From assembly GCA_018816555.1 (NCBI GenBank), contig JAHIVT010000059.1:7309-71308 (forward strand): a stretch of DNA of 64,000 nucleotides, in the 5' to 3' direction. The DNA comes from Pseudomonadota bacterium. Its GTDB lineage: Bacteria > Desulfobacterota > Desulfobulbia > Desulfobulbales > SURF-16. Shown here one piece after another: positions 45,001 through 53,471 of this stretch. Every line of letters begins with the position of its first letter. Positions within the stretch are counted from its first letter, which is position 1. A program made the position numbers and the translations under genes. The notes beneath the pieces were generated by a model. The model saw nothing but the letters and a program-made list of their open reading frames with translations. It did no database searches and was not told the DNA's origin.

Positions 45001-46154
45001 AGGCGGTGATCTTCGGCGGCAAAGAACGGCAACAGCTGCTTGACACTCTTGCGCCTTTTGACGTGCTTATCTGCAGCTACGGTCTTCTGCAGCAGGAAAC
45101 CACACTCCTTTCCTCCAGAAAATGGCAGGTCATTGTGCTGGACGAGGCCCAGGCCATCAAAAATATTGCCACCAAGCGCTCCAGGGCAGCCATGGAACTC
45201 GATGGCAATTTCAAGATGATCACCACCGGCACCCCCATCGAAAACCACCTGGGAGAACTATGGAATCTTTTCAACTTCATCAATCCTGGTCTTCTCGGTT
45301 CCCTGGATCAGTTCAATCAGCGCTATGCCCTGGCCATTGAAAAAGACAAGGACAAGAATGCCCGGAAAAAGTTAAAAAAACTGATCCAGCCCTTCATCCT
45401 GCGGCGTTTGAAAAGTCAGGTCCTGGAGGAGCTGCCGCCGCGTACCGAGGTCACTCTCCAGGTCAATATGAGCCCTGAAGAGACAGCCTTCTACGAAGCA
45501 TTACGCTTCCGCGCCCTGGAGAAAATCGTACGCAGTGACGCCTCTCCCTCCCACCGGCATATGCAGATCCTGGCGGAGATCATGAAACTGCGGCAGGCCT
45601 GCTGCAATCCCAAGCTTGTCCAGCCGGATACGACCATTCAAAGCTCCAAACTCGAGCTTTTCGGCACCATCATCACGGATCTCATCGAAAACCGCCATAA
45701 GGCCCTGGTTTTCAGCCAGTTTGCCCGGCACCTGCACATCCTGCGCGCCTTTCTTGACCAACGCCATATCACCTATAAATATCTTGACGGCTCCACACCG
45801 GCGCTGAAACGCCAGGAACAGGTGGCTGAGTTCCAGGCCGGAGAAGGGGATCTCTTCCTCATCAGCCTCAAGGCAGGCGGTCTGGGGCTCAACCTCACCG
45901 CTGCCGATTATGTTATTCATATGGACCCATGGTGGAACCCGGCGGTGGAGGACCAGGCCTCGGATCGAGCCCATCGCATCGGCCAGAAGCATCCCGTCAC
46001 CGTTTACCGGCTTGTCACCAAAAACACCATCGAGGAAAAAATCATCAGATTGCATCATGACAAACGCGAACTGGCTGACAGCCTCCTGGAAGGCAGCGAT
46101 ATGAGCCATAAACTGCGGGCGGAAGATCTCCTGGAGCTCCTGAAAGATTTTTAG
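42009..46154 (+). CDS. SNF2-family helicase/translocase with a roughly 900-aa uncharacterised N-terminal region
   Basis: Motif I is LADDMGLGKTVQ and motif II is VLDEAQAIKN. The C-terminal helicase lobe includes LISLKAGGLGLNLTAADYVIHMDPWWNPAVEDQASDRAHRIGQ. Confidence 0.85.
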   Translation: MANFSFTQEITHLLSKYEALAPEEQKLLQFISIVFEPAGAATTISCFREFTGRHDDESLPGEERSQSAALRKLQEQGLATWRCQCNPLIVEIISRKALSAGNFARMARIIARNLPVQGQAYDALQQKGQRHLREMRIGLYLNDFDHFNDHLLRYYDCPETSEQHSPLVEIVNNPFEAQWFSTLPPHLQLHGLHEISRKSLLHLESFAQPLAYLSDENILKIIPPPGWPSVYYLLILNQLLRADIKAAREKIAEGKNHIDSFGLRGWLEFLEGRNSDAIASFQEDLIDLRLKKESKNVFFIGMEGLIFILALLKSGDYRKYPIIATFISTLETEQSNNPLLPAYRILQQVTKAKLENFKLDSTAQIWQQDEKDAVTALFMGLGSFWLNGALESAQRHELHEFYTRARENGYDWLAMEYASLLYQATEIESYQDFSRSICGESALTSLHSVLPHEKSWQRALKALNIVSLENEENGQLQYRMVWMVDFKDGFVTIYPREQKFTASGKWSQGRSVALKRLYAGENLSFLTEQDQRIRATLRKKEFSHETSFEFDMDETLSALVGHPLLFSSTHTSVPVEFTRGEPELHATQKDDKVLLEFSSPIGDEKVMALRETPTRFRIIEISEKHRKIAAIIGDDGLIVPEGAKKQALETLGNLSSCLTIHSDIGATSREIEEVPAADKIIMQLLQVGNGFRVSMLVKPFATGGPYLYPGEGAMNVMAEINGKRLQTCRNLDKERENCAQIEERCPTLARLGGMDGEWFIENLQDCLEVLSEIQNLGDDVIIEWPEGEKLTIRHHASFHDFHVQIRQKQNWFELEGQLTIDQEKVMEMKTLLELTQANSGRFIPLGKGEFMALSREFRKQLDELTSFTEPLGQKRRMHPLASCALEGFTESGVQLTADSYWQEQLQRIRESRSFHSEVPTTLQAELREYQIEGFKWLARLKHWGVGACLADDMGLGKTVQSLGIILQEAPQGPSLVVAPTSVCMNWQEEILRFAPTLQAVIFGGKERQQLLDTLAPFDVLICSYGLLQQETTLLSSRKWQVIVLDEAQAIKNIATKRSRAAMELDGNFKMITTGTPIENHLGELWNLFNFINPGLLGSLDQFNQRYALAIEKDKDKNARKKLKKLIQPFILRRLKSQVLEELPPRTEVTLQVNMSPEETAFYEALRFRALEKIVRSDASPSHRHMQILAEIMKLRQACCNPKLVQPDTTIQSSKLELFGTIITDLIENRHKALVFSQFARHLHILRAFLDQRHITYKYLDGSTPALKRQEQVAEFQAGEGDLFLISLKAGGLGLNLTAADYVIHMDPWWNPAVEDQASDRAHRIGQKHPVTVYRLVTKNTIEEKIIRLHHDKRELADSLLEGSDMSHKLRAEDLLELLKDF

Positions 46155-46171
46155 TAATAGTTATTATTTAT

Positions 46172-46199
46172 TTGCCTTTTTCTCCATCCATGCTATGAT
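46172..46199 (+). promoter_or_regulatory. Candidate sigma70-type promoter for the downstream small Cys-motif gene
   Basis: TTGCCT (46172-46177), a 16-nt spacer, then TATGAT (46194-46199), about 40 nt upstream of the ATG at 46238. This is a pattern match only. Confidence 0.3.
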
Positions 46200-46237
46200 G
46201 TTAAAAAAAACAACTCATTAATATAGTGGAGGAAATT

Positions 46238-46681
46238 ATGTGTCTTGAAGTGAAGAAAAAATGTGAATGCGGTAGCAGACAGGTACAGTTTCATCTGCGG
46301 GACAATATCATGAACCCCAATGTGCTGGACCGTCTTTTCTGCCCGGACTGCTCGGCAGACACCCCCATCAACCGGGAGACCATGCTCCAGGATAACGGCT
46401 GGATCATCGAGTATGACATGACCCTTGCCAGAATGTACGGTCTCACCCAACTCTCCCTGTCAGCCGATGAGATCAGTCCGGAATTTATTTTTGATCAGGG
46501 CTATGCCACCTGGCGGGAAATGTATCCCGGTGAGTCCGGGGATATTGCCGGTGAAAGGGAGCGTATCATTGCCGGGAGAGACGAGAACCCCAAAAGGTAT
46601 CTGCAGGAAATCAACGCCTGGGCCATCACCCGGATCAACCGCCTGAAAGAGGCGGGCTGGCGCAAGGCGATGCTCGCTTAA
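46238..46681 (+). CDS. Hypothetical protein with an N-terminal CxC...CxxC (zinc-ribbon-like) motif
   Basis: The Cys motifs are CECG...CPDC. GGAGG lies 7 nt upstream of the ATG at 46238; the track ORF starts at 46226. Confidence 0.5.
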   Translation: MCLEVKKKCECGSRQVQFHLRDNIMNPNVLDRLFCPDCSADTPINRETMLQDNGWIIEYDMTLARMYGLTQLSLSADEISPEFIFDQGYATWREMYPGESGDIAGERERIIAGRDENPKRYLQEINAWAITRINRLKEAGWRKAMLA

Positions 46682-46827
46682 GACAGGGGGACAAATGCGC
46701 CTCACCCCTCTTTACCTCATTCTTGCTTGACACCCGAGCAAAGGCGGGTTTATCCTGAAATGTACGGGGAAAATTCCGCCTTTGACCAATTTTTACAACC
46801 GCAATGAGTCTGCCCGGGAGAGTCATC

Positions 46828-47262
46828 ATGAAACAAACCATTCTGTTTCTTTTCTTTCTGCTTGTCCCCTTTCTCTTCTCCGCCCCCACCGTTTCCGCCC
46901 AGGAAGGCTATCTTACCACCGCTGAGCTGAAAAAAATTCTCTCCGACAGAACCTTCCTGATAACAGCCTCGGACGATATCCCGAATGGCAGTCATATCTA
47001 TTTTGCCGGTGACGGCAGATATACCATCCTCTTTCCCACCGGCAACACCCGCTCATCAGATATTTGGAATATTGACGAAAATAATAATTTTTGCATGCGT
47101 CGGGCTCGCCGCTCGGGAAGCGGTACAAATTATATCACCCACTGCGGCAAGGTATCCCTGGCCGGAGCCAATGCCTTGACTCTCTACAATGAAGAGGGTA
47201 ATCCGGCTAAAATGCTGCAGTTCGTGGGTAATGGCGACCTGCTCAGGCAATTCGCCAAGTAA
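46828..47262 (+). CDS. Hypothetical secreted protein
   Basis: It has the signal peptide MKQTILFLFFLLVPFLFSAPTVSAQ. The ATG is at 46828. Confidence 0.5.
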   Translation: MKQTILFLFFLLVPFLFSAPTVSAQEGYLTTAELKKILSDRTFLITASDDIPNGSHIYFAGDGRYTILFPTGNTRSSDIWNIDENNNFCMRRARRSGSGTNYITHCGKVSLAGANALTLYNEEGNPAKMLQFVGNGDLLRQFAK

Positions 47263-47468
47263 CAATCAGCGCGTTGAGAATGCCCTCCAACCCGACGTGA
47301 TGCATCCCCACGTTATCGCATCGCCACAGCAAACCCCACCGATTACTCATCCTGGTCCCTTATTCCCCTGACACGAAGTTTCTTGTTGGCAATTACCGGC
47401 TACATGGTATATCAGTGTTATTTCAAGATGAAACGTTAGGCATCATGGGTAAGATAGGAGAAAAAAGC

Positions 47469-48923
47469 ATGGAAAGTCTCGTTGGGAGATATACCATCAG
47501 GCGAAGGCTCATTTTCATCACCATACTGTTTATGGTGTTTGGCGGCCTGCTGGTGCCTGACTACTCCTGGCAGATATTCTCCCTGAAAAAGAAACTCATG
47601 GCCCTGGAGCAGTTTCATAATTTTTTGGATGATGTACTGGAGTTGCGCCGGTACGAGAAAAATTTCCTCTTCGGTATCGGCAACGATAACGTCTCCCCCA
47701 TTTTAGCCTATCTGGGCAAGATCCAATCCCATATCGCCACCCTGGAGGATGATATTCTTGAAGTCACGGACAGGAAGGAATATGATAATTTTCTCGGCAC
47801 CTTCTACCATTACAAGGAAATATTCCGAAAATACAGCTATTCCGCGGAGGTAGACTCAACAGAGATCAGGGAATCAGGCCGGGACATGGTGGAGTTCGCC
47901 GAGAAGCTGGTCAAACGCAAGCATGACCATCTGCACAGCAGTCTCGAACTTCTCCTTTACCGGTTTGTCGGCATCACGGGCACCCTTTTCTTTGCCCTTA
48001 TCCTCATCTTCCAGCTGCAGGTCAGGAACGTGTTGAAACGCATCGCCTTTGTCCAGAAAGCTACCCGTGACGTGGTCAAGGACAAGTTTACCCCCATCGC
48101 CGATAACGCCAAAATCCAGGACGAGGTCACCGGACTGATTATTGCCTTCAACAAGATGGTCACCGAGATCGATGCCAGAAAGGAACAGCTGGTACAATCC
48201 CGTAAGCTGGCCGCCATCGGCACCTTCTCCTCCGGTATCGCCCATGAATTAAACAACCCCCTTAACAACATTTCTCTGTCAGCCGATACCCTTCTGGAGG
48301 AATATGATAACCTCTCCGAAGCAGAGGCCAAGGAGATCATTACCGACATCATCAGCCAGACGGAAAGGGCTTCCGGAGTTGTCAAGAACCTGCTGGATTT
48401 TTCCCGGGACAAAGCCCCATCCTCCATGCCGCTGCGCATTACGGACGCGGTGGAAGCTTCCCACAAACTTATCGCCAACCAGCTGATGATCAACGCCATC
48501 TGGTTTGAAAATTATATCCACGAGGATCTCCCCCTGGTCATGGGTGATATGCAGAAACTGCAGCAGGTGTTCATCAACCTGTTCGTCAACGCCATCCAGG
48601 CGATGCCCGAGGGCGGGGGTCTCCTATACGTAGATGCCCAGCCGGCGCCGGACGGCATGCTCAAGATCATCGTCAACGATACGGGACCGGGTATACCACC
48701 GGAGATCATCGGTCATATTTTCGATCCTTTTTACACCACCAAGGAGGTCGGTGCCGGAACCGGCCTTGGCCTGTCCATTGTTTACGGTATTATCAAAAAA
48801 CATGGCGGCTATGTTGAAGTAAAGAGTAAAGTGAATGTCGGCACAACATTCATAATTTATCTGCCCATTGCAGGAAACCCGGAAGAACAGCAGGAAAAGC
48901 AAGATGAAAGTCGCCATAATTGA
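47469..48923 (+). CDS. Sensor histidine kinase (TM-sensor-HAMP-HisKA-HATPase)
   Basis: The H-box is FSSGIAHELNNPL. The N and G boxes are INLFVNAIQAM, NDTGPGI and GTGLGLSIV. There are two TM segments. I prefer the ATG at 47469, which has an AGGAG SD. Confidence 0.85.
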   Translation: MESLVGRYTIRRRLIFITILFMVFGGLLVPDYSWQIFSLKKKLMALEQFHNFLDDVLELRRYEKNFLFGIGNDNVSPILAYLGKIQSHIATLEDDILEVTDRKEYDNFLGTFYHYKEIFRKYSYSAEVDSTEIRESGRDMVEFAEKLVKRKHDHLHSSLELLLYRFVGITGTLFFALILIFQLQVRNVLKRIAFVQKATRDVVKDKFTPIADNAKIQDEVTGLIIAFNKMVTEIDARKEQLVQSRKLAAIGTFSSGIAHELNNPLNNISLSADTLLEEYDNLSEAEAKEIITDIISQTERASGVVKNLLDFSRDKAPSSMPLRITDAVEASHKLIANQLMINAIWFENYIHEDLPLVMGDMQKLQQVFINLFVNAIQAMPEGGGLLYVDAQPAPDGMLKIIVNDTGPGIPPEIIGHIFDPFYTTKEVGAGTGLGLSIVYGIIKKHGGYVEVKSKVNVGTTFIIYLPIAGNPEEQQEKQDESRHN

Positions 48924-50247
48924 TGATGAAGAGATGGCCTGCCGCCTTATAAAACGCGTCCTTGATGCAGAAGGGTTTGAGGTGGAATATTTCCTGACCG
49001 GCCATTCCTTTCTGCAGAGACTGACCATGGAGACATTTCCCGTTGTTTTTATCGATCTGCATCTGCCGGATATGAACGGCATGGAAATTCTCACCCAGGT
49101 CAAAAAAAGATTTGAAGATACGGAGGCGATCATCATAACCGGCCACGCCTCAATCGAAACGGCGGTGGATGCCATCAAGGCCGGAGCCTACCATTACATC
49201 ACCAAGCCCTTCAAACGTCATGACGTGCGGTTGCTGGCCAACAAGGCCAGAAAAAAAATCGACCTGCTGGTGGAAAACCGTGCTCTCCGCCAGGCCCTGA
49301 GCCAGGGCGGCACCATCGCCGGCTTTGTCGGTTCCAGTCCGGCCATGCAGGAGGTCTTCGCCATGATCAAAAAAGTGGCCATGGTCAACTGCAATGTCCT
49401 GCTCCAGGCGGAGACCGGTACCGGTAAGCAGATGGCGGCCAGGGCCATCCATTCCCTGAGCCCCAGAAAAGAAAATGCGTTCATCGCCTTCAACTGCGGC
49501 GGATTTGCCGAAGAACTCATTGCCAGTGAACTGTTCGGCCATGAGAAAGGCGCCTTTACCGGCGCCACCGCCACCAAAATCGGCCTGCTCGAATCCGCTG
49601 CAGAAGGCACCGTATTTTTAGACGAGATAGGCGAAATGCCCCTGTCCATGCAGGTCAAACTGCTGCATGTGCTGCAGGAACGACAGATTTTCAGGGTGGG
49701 CGGCACCAAGTCCATTGATCTGGATATCCGCATCATTGCCGCCACCAACAAGGACCTGAAAAAGGAGGTTGAGGCGGGCTCATTCAGGGAGGACCTCTTT
49801 TACCGCCTCAACGTGGTCACCATCCGCCTGCCCAAGCTCACGGAAAGAAAAGACGATATCCCGCTGCTGATTTCCCATTTTATCGAGAAATTCAGTCTGG
49901 CCTTCAGCAAGGACACCAGGCAGATCTCCCCCCAGGCCCTTGATATCCTGCTGCATTATCATTACCCCGGCAATGTCCGCGAACTGGAAAACATCATCCA
50001 GCGGGCGGTGGCGCTGGCCGAAGGGGAAAGCATCCAGGTCCGGGACCTGCCGGCTGATCTCAGAAAACTGGCCTTTACCACCTTCGAGGGCGAGGACCTG
50101 CTCTCCCTGGAAACCATGGAAAAACATCATATCTCTAAGGTGCTTGATATTACCGGCAACAATCGCAAGCTGAGCAGCGAGATTCTCGGCATTCCACTGA
50201 CCACCCTGTGGCGGCGCATAAAAAAATACGGACTCGGCAAAAAGTAA
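48904..50247 (+). CDS. Sigma-54-dependent response regulator (NtrC family)
   Basis: The receiver is canonical (MKVAIIDDEE, VFIDLHLPDMNG, YITKPF). AAA+ motifs are AETGTGKQ and EKGAFTGA, and a C-terminal HTH is present. It overlaps the kinase gene by 20 nt. Confidence 0.9.
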   Translation: MKVAIIDDEEMACRLIKRVLDAEGFEVEYFLTGHSFLQRLTMETFPVVFIDLHLPDMNGMEILTQVKKRFEDTEAIIITGHASIETAVDAIKAGAYHYITKPFKRHDVRLLANKARKKIDLLVENRALRQALSQGGTIAGFVGSSPAMQEVFAMIKKVAMVNCNVLLQAETGTGKQMAARAIHSLSPRKENAFIAFNCGGFAEELIASELFGHEKGAFTGATATKIGLLESAAEGTVFLDEIGEMPLSMQVKLLHVLQERQIFRVGGTKSIDLDIRIIAATNKDLKKEVEAGSFREDLFYRLNVVTIRLPKLTERKDDIPLLISHFIEKFSLAFSKDTRQISPQALDILLHYHYPGNVRELENIIQRAVALAEGESIQVRDLPADLRKLAFTTFEGEDLLSLETMEKHHISKVLDITGNNRKLSSEILGIPLTTLWRRIKKYGLGKK

Positions 50248-50310
50248 TAAAGCCTGACGGCAGACCTTTTAATTTTTACCGGATGCTGCGAGGAGAGGAG
50301 AATCGCCGCT

Positions 50311-50601
50311 ATGGCCGCTTATCTTGTCATAAGGGTGAACATCACCGACTGGGACAGATTCAAAGAATATCTGCAGGTAACGCCTGCCATCATTGCCAAG
50401 TTCGGGGGCAGACATATCGCCCGCGGCGGAGAAACAATGACCCTTGAAGGCCCTGAGGAAAAGCGCAGGGTCGTGTTGATTGAATTCCCGAGCATGGAAC
50501 AGGCGAAAAAATTTTACAACTCAGCCGAATACCAGCAGGCCAGAAAACTCCGAGAAGGCGCGGCCGAGGGCGAAATACTGGCTGTTGAAGGCGTATTTTA
50601 G
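50311..50601 (+). CDS. DUF1330 domain protein
   Basis: 96 aa. MAAYLVIRVNITDWDRFKEY...IEFPSMEQAKKFYNSAEYQ fits the DUF1330 pattern. Confidence 0.65.
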   Translation: MAAYLVIRVNITDWDRFKEYLQVTPAIIAKFGGRHIARGGETMTLEGPEEKRRVVLIEFPSMEQAKKFYNSAEYQQARKLREGAAEGEILAVEGVF

Positions 50602-50741
50602 CCCATACCAGACCCTGTTTCACAGCCATGCCTTGCAACAACTCCCTTACCATCGGCATAGAGAGCCGGCTGGCCCTCAAGCCGTCGACTTTCCCATGCC
50701 GGAGGCCATTACTAAATATTTTATCACTCAAGAGGTGACCA

Positions 50742-50939
50742 ATGAAGCTCTACTCCTATCTTACCGGACCCGATGATGAAACATTCTGCAAAAGAGTATG
50801 CGCCAAGCTTAACGACGGCTGGGAGTTGTACGGCAACCCGACCCTGACCTTCGACGGGAAAAATGTCATTGCCGGTCAAGCGATTGTTAAAGTGGTGGAA
50901 GGAAAATTTCATGACGAAATCAATTTAAAGCAAATGTAA
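50742..50939 (+). CDS. DUF1737 domain protein
   Basis: 65 aa. YLTGPDDETFCKRVCAKLNDGWELYGNP fits the DUF1737 pattern. Confidence 0.55.
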   Translation: MKLYSYLTGPDDETFCKRVCAKLNDGWELYGNPTLTFDGKNVIAGQAIVKVVEGKFHDEINLKQM

Positions 50940-50970
50940 TTGGCTGAGCCGGTTTGAGGCACACCGAAAT

Positions 50971-51105
50971 GAAGTCCGCCAGATGATGTTCGATGAGCGC
51001 TTTGTCCGCATGTGACGGTTCTACCTGGCGGGCTGTTCCTCCTCATTTTGGCATGGCAAGATGCATGTGTTCCAGCTGCTTTTCTCCAGACTGAGGGGTT
51101 TGAAT
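50971..51105 (+). pseudogene. 3'-terminal remnant of a cyclopropane-fatty-acyl-phospholipid synthase (cfa-like) gene
   Basis: The frame starting at 50971 reads EVRQMMFDERFVRM*RFYLAGCSSSFWHGKMHVFQLLFSRLRGL. This parallels the Cfa C-terminus (..ERF-x-RMW/F-x-YYL-x-x-C-x-x-x-F....Q..FSR). An in-frame TGA (51013-51015) lies where an aromatic residue (Trp/Phe) is expected, and the upstream roughly 330 codons are absent. Confidence 0.6.
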
Positions 51106-51297
51106 TTTTTCGCGGTTTTTGCGCAAATCATTCTGTCCCGTTGTTATGATAAAATATGGGCAGATTGAGTTGTTTTATTGTAGTTTTACAACAGACGAAA
51201 GGAGCAAAACCTCTCAACTTCAGCACAATGAATTGCCGAAGTCAAATACAAAGCATATTCCTATTCCCAGGGTCAGCTTATAGGAGAAAATGAATCC

Positions 51298-52185
51298 ATG
51301 CCCACCACCCTTCATATCACCAGCGGCGATATCGCCGGGAGTAACCTTGCCAAGTCAGGCCTGGGCGGCGAGGTGTTTGTCTGGCACGACATACTCTACG
51401 ATGGCCCCAGGAATCCCGGCTGGCCAACGGATGATACCCTCACCGCCCGGGCCTGGTTTCTTGAACAGGCAACCGGCGGCGGCCTGGACCAGGACCTCAT
51501 TCTGAGCACCTTGGAGAATCAATACCGCAAGATCGCCACCACAACGGAATATGAACGAATTGTCCTGTGGTTTGACGCCTGCCTCTTTGATCAGGCAATG
51601 CTCGTCCACATCCTTGCCTGCATGCTGCACCAGGGCATCCGGCAGGCGGAACTGCTCTGTGTGGACACGTTTCCAGGAATCGTGCCCTTCAACGGGCTGG
51701 GCCAGCTTCAGCCACCGCAGCTTGCTTCACTGTATGACAGGCGGCGACCTGTCACGGATGAACAGTTCCGCTTAGCCCTGGTGGCGGATAAGGCCTTTGC
51801 CACCCAGGACCCAATACTCTTTGCCGAGTTGTCACGCAACACCACTGCGCCCCTGCCGTGGATTCCCCCTGCCGTGACGCGCTGGCTGCAAGAACAGCCC
51901 GATCCAACAAGCGGCCTTGGCCGGCTTGAGTCCCTGGCCCTGCAGGCTATCCGCGGGGGGTGCGCGACCCCGGCGGAGATCTTCTCCGCCGTGGCAGCCG
52001 CTGATACCCCTCCGCAATATTGGGGCGACATGACATTGTGGGCAAAAATCAACGGGCTGGCGGATCGCGAGCCACCGCTGGTGCAGATCGAAGGACCGAC
52101 CCCACGGCTGCCGCAATGGGAAGGCATAACGGATCTGCAACGATTCCGGATCACCAGTCTGCCGATCCAGACTGAAGGAAATTAA
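51298..52185 (+). CDS. DUF1835 (plus DUF3658-like C-terminus) domain protein
   Basis: The N-terminus LHITSGDIAGSNL...VWHDILYDGP is typical of DUF1835. Length is 295 aa. Confidence 0.6.
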   Translation: MPTTLHITSGDIAGSNLAKSGLGGEVFVWHDILYDGPRNPGWPTDDTLTARAWFLEQATGGGLDQDLILSTLENQYRKIATTTEYERIVLWFDACLFDQAMLVHILACMLHQGIRQAELLCVDTFPGIVPFNGLGQLQPPQLASLYDRRRPVTDEQFRLALVADKAFATQDPILFAELSRNTTAPLPWIPPAVTRWLQEQPDPTSGLGRLESLALQAIRGGCATPAEIFSAVAAADTPPQYWGDMTLWAKINGLADREPPLVQIEGPTPRLPQWEGITDLQRFRITSLPIQTEGN

Positions 52186-52287
52186 CCACAGAGAGCACAG
52201 AGGCCACAGAGTTGACTGAGTGTAATTTAAAAATAAAAAATTCTCCGTGATCTCTGTGCTCTCTGTGGTGAAAAAAGATTTTCCCGC
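52179..52287. repeat. Hairpin-forming intergenic repeat element (REP/MITE-like), copy 2
   Basis: aaattaaccacagagagcacagaggccacagag...ctccgtgatctctgtgctctctgtggtgaaaaaagattttcccgc. The internal inverted repeat pairs ccacagagagcacagag with ctctgtgctctctgtgg. It is homologous to 22306-22410. Confidence 0.8.
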
Positions 52288-52310
52288 AGCTGCGTAACAG
52301 GAGGCTATCC

Positions 52311-53282
52311 ATGATCAGAGTAGGAACCTTTAATCTCAACAATCTCTTTTCCCGCTATAATTTTGAGGCCGAAATTGCTGCCATACCCGGTGAGGACCCG
52401 GGCGGGATCGCCCTGACTTTTGAGAGCTCGCAAGTCAAAGTTCGCACCTTTATGGGGCGGCTGGTCAAGGCAAAAAAACAAGATGATACGGTGGAAATTG
52501 GCAGGCGGATTGTCGAGGTGATGAATGCCGATGTCCTGGCGGTCCAAGAGGTTGAACACATAGAAATTCTCAAACAGTTTAACCAGGAGTATCTCCAGAA
52601 CCTCTATCCTTACATCGCGCTGGTGGAAGGAAACGATCAACGTCTGATTGACGTGGGGATCATGTCAAAGCTGCCCATCGGCACTATCATCTCCCATCAA
52701 ACCGCCACCCACCCGGAAAAACCGGATGAACGGGTTTTCAGCCGGGACCTGCTGCAGGTGGAGATCCTTGACCATAACCGGAAAAAACTTTTCACCCTCT
52801 ATAATACCCATCTGAAAAGTCACTACGTGCCGTACTGGGAGGACCCAATTCAGGGTGCTCTGGAGGCCAATAATCGGCGGCGACGGCAGGCTGAAACAAT
52901 TTCGAGAATCATCAGCCACATGGAACGTCCGAACAGCAAATTCGTGCTCACCGGGGACATGAATGACGGGCCGGATTCCCAGTTCCTGTCACCAATGTTT
53001 ACCGCAGATAAACAACAGCTGGTCAATGCCCTGCAAAACCCCGCGGAGACGCGCCCGCCCAAGGCCGAATCAACCGGCCAGGGTCCAGGGCCGCAGACCA
53101 CGGCCTGGACCCACAGATTTAATCCCCCTGGCCCGCCATTACCCGAGTACCGGCTCTTTGACCAGATCTGGTTGAGTCCTGCACTGGCTAACCGATTCGC
53201 CAATCCGACCATCGACCGCCGTACCAAACATGGCGGAGATGGCAGTGACCACGATCCGGCCTGGATTGACCTGGACCTGTAA
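52311..53282 (+). CDS. Endonuclease/exonuclease/phosphatase (EEP) family protein
   Basis: Motifs are RVGTFNLNNLF, DVLAVQEVE, LTGDMND and the C-terminal GSDHDPAWIDL. Length is 323 aa. Confidence 0.75.
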   Translation: MIRVGTFNLNNLFSRYNFEAEIAAIPGEDPGGIALTFESSQVKVRTFMGRLVKAKKQDDTVEIGRRIVEVMNADVLAVQEVEHIEILKQFNQEYLQNLYPYIALVEGNDQRLIDVGIMSKLPIGTIISHQTATHPEKPDERVFSRDLLQVEILDHNRKKLFTLYNTHLKSHYVPYWEDPIQGALEANNRRRRQAETISRIISHMERPNSKFVLTGDMNDGPDSQFLSPMFTADKQQLVNALQNPAETRPPKAESTGQGPGPQTTAWTHRFNPPGPPLPEYRLFDQIWLSPALANRFANPTIDRRTKHGGDGSDHDPAWIDLDL

Positions 53283-53471
53283 ACAGCCGGGATAAGATGA
53301 TTTCCAGGCCAAATCAAAGAGATTAACTCAGTCAACTGTTCAGTGAGTGGCAAGAAAATTTCCCTTTCGTTTTTTTTTGCAGTATTCTTTTTATAAGCAG
53401 GCACATAACCAGAGAATGGTGCCTGCAAGCCCATAGCAACATCGTCAATCCACAGCCAAAAGGGACTCTCC

